Source of the DNA: an uncultured Spirochaetota bacterium
GTDB lineage: Bacteria; Spirochaetota; Spirochaetia; SZUA-6; Fen-1364
NCBI GenBank assembly: GCA_963745235.1
Contig: CAVUXE010000094.1
Location: forward strand, 1-10,846
Direction: 5' to 3'
DNA length: 10,846 nt
Shown here piece after piece: positions 1 through 7,139 of the stretch. Positions within the stretch are counted from its first letter, which is position 1. Each line of letters starts with the position of its first letter. The notes under the pieces are model-generated. The model was given only the letters and a program-made list of their open reading frames with translations, ran no database searches and was not told the DNA's origin. The translations under genes were made by a program, and so were the position numbers.

Positions 1-306
1 TCTCATACATAATTCGTGTACCGGTCTACTGATCTTATGGCCGAATTATTATAGGTTCCCGAAAGAGTTTTCTGGGTAGCAACGTAGCCAACAAATGTAA
101 CAATGAGACGTCGACTCGTGCGCAGAGGAGCGCGGCAAGATCACGAAGGTATGGGTTGTCGATCTGACGCCTTGTAGATGATCCTGCTTCGGCTGCTATC
201 TAGCAGAATGGGAAATTTTCATTCCCCCACCTCTTCAAGGCAACGTACGTGACAAAGTCTCGGAGCGAAAGGTTGACTCACTACCTGCCAGTTCCTGAGA
301 GCATCA

Positions 307-1149
307 CTACATGGTCAATATCGCTATCTTATGGCGGGCCAATTCATACATTGCTTGCCGCGCACAGACATTTATTTCTCGCAAATCCAACAACGCATCC
401 GGAAGCGCGGCCACAAGTGCATTCCTGTACGCAGCGCGAATCGCGGATCCGATGTTCAACTTCGCGACATGGTAGTTCCGCAGTTCCCGCAATTGATCGT
501 CTCGGACGGCGCTGCCTCCATGAATAACAAGAGGGATATCGACATTTCGCGAGATGTCCGCAAGCTGTTGCATATCAATCTCTGTTTTTTTTCCGATGAG
601 GAAGCTTCCGTGCTCTGTGCCTACAGACACGGCGAGCGAATCGATCCCCGTCGCGCATGCAAAGGCTCTTGCCTTGAGAGGATCAGTGCGTTCTTCTGCC
701 GAGTCCCCCTCTCCCTCAACCTCAAGTGCCGATCTAAGGCTCCCGACGAGCCCTTCGACCGACACTCCTGCGGCATGTGCAAATTCCACCATTTGTTTGA
801 CAACGGTGACTTTTTCCTGCTCGTGGACAATGAAGGGATCTGTCATCACTGACGTAAAGCCGGCGCGGATACATCGCGCTACGATTCCGAGGTTCGTGCC
901 GTGGTCAAGATGTAGGATCACTTCCGTTTTGGTGCGTTCGGCTTTGATGCGTACAGTCGCGACGAACTCATCGATTCCGAAGTGGTTCAAGTCCGGCTCG
1001 CTCACTAGAATGATTACTGGTACCCGCGATTCTTTTGCCGCGTTGATTACCGCGTCTATCGATTCGTTGTTGAATACACTGAACGCAACCACGACGCGCT
1101 TGCTGAGCACAGCATCGCCCAGTATTTCTGCGGAATTTACTATTCCCAT
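307..1149 (-). CDS. Class II (metal-dependent) fructose/tagatose-bisphosphate aldolase-family protein, divergent
   Basis: 280-aa ORF with family motifs HLDHG, GFTSVMTD, LAVSVGTEHG, PLVIHGGS and KLNIG; GGAGG RBS just upstream of ATG 1149 on the - strand. Confidence 0.92.
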   Translation of the reverse strand: MGIVNSAEILGDAVLSKRVVVAFSVFNNESIDAVINAAKESRVPVIILVSEPDLNHFGIDEFVATVRIKAERTKTEVILHLDHGTNLGIVARCIRAGFTSVMTDPFIVHEQEKVTVVKQMVEFAHAAGVSVEGLVGSLRSALEVEGEGDSAEERTDPLKARAFACATGIDSLAVSVGTEHGSFLIGKKTEIDMQQLADISRNVDIPLVIHGGSAVRDDQLRELRNYHVAKLNIGSAIRAAYRNALVAALPDALLDLREINVCARQAMYELARHKIAILTM

Positions 1150-1246
1150 ATTGCAACCTCCAAAGTTTCATGGCGAAATCACGGAGCAGCGTGATTTCTT
1201 TGGAACCCATATCTCGTCCGTCGTCCGGTCCGAAGACGCGACCAGT

Positions 1247-1437
1247 GAAATCCTTGAAACCGTCAAAGCCGAGGCCGTGAACGAAGCGGCCTATCGATGC
1301 CACGCTCACCCCGCCTGATCTATCGAACTCTTGCACCGAGCAACGGGGCGCGGGTTCAGCGTTGGCCAGGACATAGTCGGCAACATTCCTTTCCGAGTTC
1401 GACAGAGACGTATACAACGAGCGATACCCAGTAACAT
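1247..1437 (-). pseudogene. Truncated, frameshifted RpiR-family regulator (N-terminal HTH only), paralogous to 7993..8844
   Basis: LYTSLSNSERNVADYVLANAE...VSVASIGRFVHGLGFDGFKDF aligns by hand at about 35/57 identities to the intact RpiR HTH. ATG 1437 (MLLGI) is 20 nt upstream of TTG 1417, one base short of frame (ATC GC TCG vs ATC CGT TCG). No SIS domain follows. Confidence 0.85.
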
Positions 1438-1443
1438 TATCTC

Positions 1444-1452
1444 ATTATGGCA
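1444..1452 (-). promoter_or_regulatory. Possible extended -10 element (TGcCATAAT) for the leftward rpiR-remnant/aldolase transcript
   Basis: TG-N-CATAAT on the - strand ends 6 nt before ATG 1437, which would give a near-leaderless start; no good -35 seen. Confidence 0.3.
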
Positions 1453-1486
1453 GGGAAGTAGCGCGGGAAAATTTTAAAAAATCCTC

Positions 1487-1514
1487 TTGACATTTAGATG
1501 TAATAATGTACCAT
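1487..1514 (+). promoter_or_regulatory. Sigma70-type promoter of the ABC operon
   Basis: TTGACA (1487-1492), 16-nt spacer, TACCAT (1509-1514), AT-rich upstream tract; same layout as 9094-9121. Confidence 0.7.
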
Positions 1515-1529
1515 GATCGCAACCTAAAG

Positions 1530-1542
1530 AGGGAAATATATC
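1530..1542 (+). promoter_or_regulatory. Candidate operator AGGGAAATATATC
   Basis: Exact 13-bp match to 7961-7973 upstream of the RpiR gene; lies just downstream of the predicted -10. Confidence 0.5.
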
Positions 1543-1621
1543 TCGGCACTTGAATTTCTGTAGCCATTGAGCAAGTTCGGTCTTCTACTCAAACAGATCT
1601 CATTTTATAGGAGGCTTTGTT

Positions 1622-2587
1622 ATGGCAAAGAGGAATGTCCTGCGAACTCTCATCCTGGTGGCGTTGATTGCCACATGTGCCTTCGGTGCCTACGGTCAGG
1701 CCAAGAAGTACAAAATTGGTTTCAGCGTCAAGACACTGACCAACGAACCTTTCCAGGCCTTTATCGCCGACGCAATCAAGAAGAAGGTGGAATCATACGG
1801 CGCCGAGTTTGTCTTGATGACCACCAACACCTCGGAGGATATCGCTCAGCAGGTGAGCCAGATCGAGGACCTGATCAACATGGGATGTGATGCGATCATC
1901 CTGAACCCGATGGACAGCAATGCCATCGTGCCCGTCATGAAAAAGGCCGCAAGCAAGAATATTCCCCTGGTCTTTGTGGACACGAACCCGGCAAAGGGCA
2001 CCGACGATCTGTATATCACATACATTGGGACCGACAACTTTGCGGGCTCGAAGGTCGCCGCTGAGCTGATGGTCAAGGATCTCAAGAACAAAGGCAAGGT
2101 CGTCATCGTGCGCGGAGCGGATGGAAACATCGTCGGCAACCTGAGGGCCGAAGGCTTCAGGGCCGGTCTGAAGGGTTCCAATGTGCAGGTCGTTGCCGAA
2201 CAGACGGGCAAATGGACCAACGCTGCCGCCATGCAGGCAATGGAGAACATGCTCCAGGCCCATCCGGACATCGATGGGGTGTACTCCTGCTCGGATGTTA
2301 TGATGGACGGGATCCTGCAAGCAATTGCGAACAATCCCAAGGTCAAGCAAGACCTCGTAATCTACAGCTTCGACGGTCTCAAAAAGGGCTGCGAGCTTGT
2401 GATTGAGGGGAAAATCAGGGGAACCATGCAACAGAACCCCGCCCTCATGGGAGACAAGGCCGTCACTATCCTCATGGAGGTCCTGAGCGGCAAGAAGAAG
2501 GCTTCCGACTATCCGAAACTCATCGACTCCGGATGCGTCACCGTCACCAAGGCGAACGCAGCGGAGGCAATGCAAAGCGCCCCCTAA
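1622..2587 (+). CDS. Monosaccharide ABC transporter substrate-binding protein (RbsB/periplasmic binding protein type I)
   Basis: AGGAGG RBS; N-terminal signal peptide; family-typical segments QVSQIEDLI..GCDAIILNP, YIGTDNFAG, R.EGF, LQAHPDIDGV, SFDG and QQNP..MG. Confidence 0.95.
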   Translation: MAKRNVLRTLILVALIATCAFGAYGQAKKYKIGFSVKTLTNEPFQAFIADAIKKKVESYGAEFVLMTTNTSEDIAQQVSQIEDLINMGCDAIILNPMDSNAIVPVMKKAASKNIPLVFVDTNPAKGTDDLYITYIGTDNFAGSKVAAELMVKDLKNKGKVVIVRGADGNIVGNLRAEGFRAGLKGSNVQVVAEQTGKWTNAAAMQAMENMLQAHPDIDGVYSCSDVMMDGILQAIANNPKVKQDLVIYSFDGLKKGCELVIEGKIRGTMQQNPALMGDKAVTILMEVLSGKKKASDYPKLIDSGCVTVTKANAAEAMQSAP

Positions 2588-2627
2588 GGTGTCCGACCCC
2601 GTCTGACATCATGCTCAAGGCGTGAGC

Positions 2628-2664
2628 GAGCGGGGTGCGTCTAAAGTGCGCACCCCGTTTCATT
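2628..2664 (+). terminator. GC-rich hairpin with weak U-tract between binding-protein and permease genes
   Basis: CGGGGTGCG (2631-2639) pairs perfectly with CGCACCCCG (2649-2657) around a 9-nt loop, followed by TTTCATTT. Confidence 0.7.
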
Positions 2665-2704
2665 TCAATTCGCCACCGGCGCGGCGCTCCAAGGAAATCT
2701 CAAG

Positions 2705-3655
2705 ATGAAGGCGAGTTCAAAGGTCTGGCGGTATCTCATCGTAGGGGCTGTCTGCCTCGTGGCCGCATCGTTCATTCCACATTTCCTGACCCTCGCCAAC
2801 GTTTTGAACGTGGTACGCCAGGCATCGATCATCGCAATTCCCGCGATCGGGCTTACGTTTGTGATGATCACCAAGGGCATCGATCTGTCTACGAGCGGCA
2901 TCATTTCCCTCATCCCCATGCTGTTTGTCATTATGGTCAGCAGCAACGTCAACTGGGTGCTGGCGATGATCATCGTCTTTATTGCGGGGACACTGATCGG
3001 CCTCCTTGACGGAATCGTCATTGCGAAGATCGAAGTTCCTCCCTTCATTTCGACGCTCGTGTTTGGAAGCATATGTTCGGGTCTCGCTTTGGTGCTCGGG
3101 GCCGGAAGCTCGACCTCTTTTCTCCTCCCGGACTCATTCTCGTTCATCGGAAACGGGGAGATTGCCGGTTTCATGCCTGTTGCGAATCTGTTGCTTGTTC
3201 TTTTCGCCATATTGGGCATTCTCGTCCTTTCCAGGACGGCCTTCGGCAATCACGTGTATGCAATAGGCTATAATGAGACTATTGTTCGGCAGGAAGGAGT
3301 CAACGTGGACCGCGTGAAAATCGCGGTCTACGCAATCGGCGGCTTCTGTTCCTCGGTCGCCGGAATCATGCTCACCTCAAAACTCTCCACCGCGCACCCG
3401 ACCCAGGGAACGCCCTATCAGTTGGATTGCATCGCTGCCTGCATTGTGGGAGGTGTCAGCATGCTCGGCGGAGAGGGAAATGTTCTGAACTCCGTGCTGG
3501 GCGCTCTTTTTATCGCCGCTCTTCGAAACGTGTTGGACATGCTGAGGATTCATCCTTTCATCCAGAACCTCATGGTCGGCATCATGATCATTGCCATTGT
3601 GGCCGTAAGCATCCTGAGGAAACAAAGAGTTCAGAAAAGGACGCTCAGCTACTGA
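2705..3655 (+). CDS. Monosaccharide ABC transporter permease (RbsC family)
   Basis: AAGGA RBS; hydrophobic 316 aa with GIDLS, VPPFISTL, T.FG.HVYAIG.N and IAACIVGGVSMLGGEG motifs. Confidence 0.95.
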   Translation: MKASSKVWRYLIVGAVCLVAASFIPHFLTLANVLNVVRQASIIAIPAIGLTFVMITKGIDLSTSGIISLIPMLFVIMVSSNVNWVLAMIIVFIAGTLIGLLDGIVIAKIEVPPFISTLVFGSICSGLALVLGAGSSTSFLLPDSFSFIGNGEIAGFMPVANLLLVLFAILGILVLSRTAFGNHVYAIGYNETIVRQEGVNVDRVKIAVYAIGGFCSSVAGIMLTSKLSTAHPTQGTPYQLDCIAACIVGGVSMLGGEGNVLNSVLGALFIAALRNVLDMLRIHPFIQNLMVGIMIIAIVAVSILRKQRVQKRTLSY

Positions 3656-3680
3656 CACTCGGTCGTTGAAGGAGTCTGCC

Positions 3681-4665
3681 GTGGCGGATGTACGAAAGGC
3701 GTCAGAAGTAAAATCTCTTCTCAAAGGCATGTCGGGCTTTGTCAACAATAATGGGAGCTTGATCTATCTTCTTCTCCTCTGCGTCATCGCCAGCGTCTTT
3801 GTGCCCCAGTTTTTTTCAATTGACGATGCGAATATTATCCTCAGACAATCAGCCGTGCCAGCCATAGCGTGCGTGGGCATGGCTCTCATCCTGGTCACTG
3901 GCAATATCGATCTGTCCATAGGCTATACCGTCGGCCTAGTCTCGATCCTCCTGGGCATCATGATAAAGAACCTGCACCTGCCGATCCTGTTTTCCGTCGT
4001 GGCGTGCATGGGGATCGGGTTCATCATCGGCGCGGTGAACGGCCTAATCGTAGCTTTCATGAAGGTGCCGTCTTTTATCGCCACGCTCGGTACAGGATTC
4101 ATGATCTACGGGCTGGCTCAGATCGCGGGAGGGAGCAACTCGATCAACCAGCTTCCCACTTCCTTCCTAGCCCTGGGAACAAAAGGAGGTCCTTGGTCTC
4201 CCGCTGATGGTGTACTACGCCCTTGCTGTGGTCCTTGTCGCGTATTTCTTCATTCACAGGACAGTCTACGGCAGACGCCTGGTCAGCATCGGCTCTAATG
4301 TAACGGCGAGCTTCCTTTCCGGGATACGAATCGGCCCTCATCTTGTTTCGGTCTTCGTGCTGTCAGGCGTCCTTTCGGCATTCTGCGGGGTCCTGCTGAC
4401 CATGCGCGTCAACTGTGCCCAGCCCGATATGGGCGGCGGCAGCTTTGCTTTCGAGGCCGTCACCGCCGCGGTGGTCGGCGGGACAAATCTCCTGGGCGGG
4501 TCCATCACAATCGTCGGCTGCGCCTTTGGCGCGCTGATCGTCATGGTCATCGAGAATTGCATCAACCTGCTGAACATCAACACGTATTTCTATCAATCCA
4601 TCCTGGGCGTCATGATACTCTGTGCGCTCATCATTGAGGCGTTGAAGAACAGGAACAGGAGCTGA
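3681..4665 (+). CDS. Second monosaccharide ABC permease (RbsC family), split by a +1 frameshift at about 4181-4184
   Basis: ORFs 3666..4298 and 4207..4665 are two halves. Removing one A from ACAAAAGGAG gives continuous LGTKEVLGLPLMVYY and about 327 aa. GNIDLS, VPSFIATLG and AAVVGGTNLLGGS motifs are present. Likely start is GTG 3681 after AAGGAG. Confidence 0.88.
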
Positions 4666-4670
4666 CCGCC

Positions 4671-6203
4671 ATGAACGAAGAGTACGTCCTCGAAATGGAG
4701 AACATCACCAAGTGTATCTTCAATTCAAAGGGGAAGCCGATTCATGGCTCGCGCGTCAAGATACTCGACGGGGTGGACTTCAATCTGAAGGGAGCTGAGG
4801 TTCATGCTCTCCTCGGGGAAAATGGCGCAGGCAAGTCCACGTTGATGAAGATACTCGGCGGCATCATCCCGCAGGATGAAGGCAGGATTCTGATTGATGG
4901 AAGGGAGGTCTCTTTCCGGTCTTCCCGTGAGGCCCGGGCCAACGGAGTTGCATTTATCCACCAGGAGATCAATCTTTGCGCCAATCTCACCGTGGCCAGG
5001 AACATGTTTCTCGGCAACGAGCCAAAAAGTGGTCTCAATACGCTGGATTTCGCGAAAATGAATCAGCTCAGCAGCGAGATGATCCGGGGTCTCGGCTACG
5101 ACGTGGACCCCGGTATGAGCTTGGGAAGGCTGTCGACGGCTCACCAGCAGATCGTCGAGATCGCGAAGGCGCTCTCCTACGATTCGCGGATCATAATCAT
5201 GGATGAGCCCACGTCGAGCTTAACGGAGAAAGAGATCAGCATGTTGTTTGAGTTGATCCAGAAACTGAAGGCCAAGGGCGTGAGTATCATTTACATTTCC
5301 CACCGTCTTGAAGAGATTCACCAGGTGGGGGACCGAATTACCGTACTCCGTGACGGCGCCTTGATCGGAACGCTGGATAGGTCAGAGTACTCCGACGAGA
5401 AAGCTATCCGGATGATTGCTGGGCGTACGCTCAAACAAATGTACGTGAATACGCACACGCCTGGGACCGAAGTGGTCCTGGAGCTTAAGAACTTCAGGAT
5501 CGGTCCGAAGACACAGCCCCTTTCCCTGTGTGTCCGGGCGGGTGAGATCGTCGGTCTTTGTGGCCTGGTGGGCTCAGGACGCACGGAGCTTGCCAAGTCG
5601 GTTTTCGGCGCTCGAGACTACGCGTCGGGGGAAATCTACTTTCGAGGAAAGCGGATGACAAACCTCGATCCATTCAGGTGCATCGAGATGGGAATTGTCT
5701 ATCTCTCCGAGGACCGGAAGACCGAGGGATTGATTGTGGATCAATCAGTGAGGGAGAACGTGGTCCTGGCATCCCTGCGCAGACTGTTCAGGAACGGCGT
5801 CGTGGCCCGCAAGAAAGAGCGATCTCTGGTTTCCGAAATGATCAGGCGCTTCAACATCATCTGCCGAGGACAGGAGCACGTGGTGAGCAAGCTCTCGGGC
5901 GGCAACCAGCAGAAAGTCTCGTTTGCCAAGGCATACGCGCCAGAACCTAACTTCATCATTTTTGACGAGCCCACCAGGGGAATCGACGTCGGTGCCAAGT
6001 CCGAGATCTACAAGATCATGGATGAGACCGCGGGCAGAGGCGTGGGAGTCCTGATGATATCGTCGGAAATGCATGAGCTCATCGGGATGAGCGACCGCAT
6101 CTATGTCATGCGGGAAGGCACGATCGTCAGCGAAGTTTCGGACAAGTCCAAAATGGACCAAGGCAAGCTTGTTGCCTTGAGCATTGGCGCAGACTTTAAC
6201 TAG
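4671..6203 (+). CDS. Monosaccharide ABC transporter ATP-binding protein with two fused ABC domains (RbsA/MglA type)
   Basis: Walker A GENGAGKST, IIMDEPT, ISHRL, second-domain LSGGNQQK and FDEPTRGIDVGAK; 510 aa. Confidence 0.96.
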   Translation: MNEEYVLEMENITKCIFNSKGKPIHGSRVKILDGVDFNLKGAEVHALLGENGAGKSTLMKILGGIIPQDEGRILIDGREVSFRSSREARANGVAFIHQEINLCANLTVARNMFLGNEPKSGLNTLDFAKMNQLSSEMIRGLGYDVDPGMSLGRLSTAHQQIVEIAKALSYDSRIIIMDEPTSSLTEKEISMLFELIQKLKAKGVSIIYISHRLEEIHQVGDRITVLRDGALIGTLDRSEYSDEKAIRMIAGRTLKQMYVNTHTPGTEVVLELKNFRIGPKTQPLSLCVRAGEIVGLCGLVGSGRTELAKSVFGARDYASGEIYFRGKRMTNLDPFRCIEMGIVYLSEDRKTEGLIVDQSVRENVVLASLRRLFRNGVVARKKERSLVSEMIRRFNIICRGQEHVVSKLSGGNQQKVSFAKAYAPEPNFIIFDEPTRGIDVGAKSEIYKIMDETAGRGVGVLMISSEMHELIGMSDRIYVMREGTIVSEVSDKSKMDQGKLVALSIGADFN

Positions 6204-6358
6204 ACTACTGGAGACTCTGCACATCGCCAAAGAGAAGATGATTGGATATTATCCGAACGGACAGTAGCATAGAAACCAGAGAGGAAATGTCAGATCGAGT
6301 CTAAGCTATCACAGATAAGCCGATCTGCTGTTGTCAATACCGCTGCGCGGGATTCGGC

Positions 6359-6691
6359 TCATACTTCTGTCCCCGTGGATACATCGAATCGGACCGTGCC
6401 GTGTTCCTCCGAGGTCTCGTCTCTGTTCACACGGTAGGACACCGACAGGATGTTCGGCCCCATGAAGGACAGGCGGTGTTCAAGGGTCCATTCCAGGAAT
6501 GCGCGGCGTCCGCTCTTGATTCCGGGTATCTCATAAACGCCCTCCACCGCCCCACTGCTCATGACAAGCTTCATTAACCCTGTGAAATGCTCCACGAAGG
6601 CGAGGTACAGGTACTCCCTGTCGTAGCACAGCTCCTCCATGAGGCGGTATAGCCATTCGTGCAGGGTCCGCGGGATAATTCCTCCGGCCAT
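6359..6691 (-). CDS. Hypothetical protein, about 110 aa
   Basis: 3' part of the 6359..6880 ORF. ATG 6691 is preceded by a G-rich RBS-like run (GGGGGGTGCGA). The sequence looks globular, but no family was recognised. Confidence 0.5.
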   Translation of the reverse strand: MAGGIIPRTLHEWLYRLMEELCYDREYLYLAFVEHFTGLMKLVMSSGAVEGVYEIPGIKSGRRAFLEWTLEHRLSFMGPNILSVSYRVNRDETSEEHGTVRFDVSTGTEV

Positions 6692-6974
6692 TCGCACCCC
6701 CCATACGCTGCCGTGCCGTGCTCCGCACCTTCGCCACGAGGGCGAGCAGGTTCCCACTGCACATCGACGAGTATCGTCATAAATGGGCGGGGAGACCGCC
6801 AGCGCACATCCGCAGAGAAAACCACCGAAAATCGTGCTTTGCATCCAAAACACCGCTTCAGAGCGCGATCTTGCCTCCATATGGCCGCTCGATACGAAAG
6901 AGGTTCATCGATTCGGATTGCACGGGATTCGGACGTATAAGCCCGCTTTGACAAGCCCGGGATGATGGGCTCGT

Positions 6975-7139
6975 TCAAGCCGCAGCCGTGGTAGAAGAGA
7001 TGGCATTCTGGGGCGTGCCGCGCACCTCCCCATTGATCGCCTTCCAGCGCGGCAGGATCCACTTACGCGATGTCTCTGGCGTCTGGCGTCTACTGCTCAC
7101 AGCTTCAGCATCGTTCGGTAGGGCTATGAAAGCGGTTTT
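6975..7139 (-). pseudogene. Possible remnant of an APC-family amino-acid permease
   Basis: Translates as AFIALPNDAEAVSSRRQTPETSRKWILPRWKAINGEVRGTPQNAISSTTAAA, resembling the APC loop pattern SSR..(M)SR.G.LP.w...n...gTP.NAI. No start codon or RBS was found. Confidence 0.35.

Noticed and set aside
1-306. Short dyads (GAAA-gagt-TTTC 61-72, CTGCTA-tc-TAGCAG 193-206, GAATG..CATTC 206-224) and an RBS-like GAGGTGGGGG + ATG on the - strand
   Set aside because: The - strand ORF stops after 8 codons, no frame gave a recognisable protein, and no riboswitch or terminator consensus was found.
968-1246. C-terminal part of the 149-aa ORF 968..1417 as a real domain
   Set aside because: RpiR similarity ends near 1247, and much of the remainder is out-of-frame overlap with the aldolase gene.
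249-1318. Plus-strand ORFs 249..527, 331..852 and 554..1318
   Set aside because: Antisense shadows of the aldolase gene with no motifs.
1622-1700. Lipoprotein signal (LIATC) and taxonomic inference from the binding protein
   Set aside because: The lipobox is non-canonical and AFG/AYG fits signal peptidase I equally well; not decidable by eye.
4178-4190. Programmed ribosomal frameshifting at the permease and E1 beta breaks
   Set aside because: Restoring frame needs a +1 shift, the sites are not canonical slippery heptamers, and I know of no recoding in these families.
1793-6230. Numerous alternative-frame and antisense ORFs across the ABC operon
   Set aside because: They overlap well-supported genes and are expected from GC-biased codon usage.
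6720-6830. Cobalamin- or glycine-riboswitch-like words (CCACTG, GGGAA, GGAGA)
   Set aside because: The required order and the other conserved elements are absent.
6692-6880. N-terminal extension of the 173-aa ORF and overlapping ORFs 6574..7062, 6659..6940, 6718..6951 and 6783..6965
   Set aside because: Non-protein-like composition and no motifs; a better RBS lies before ATG 6691.
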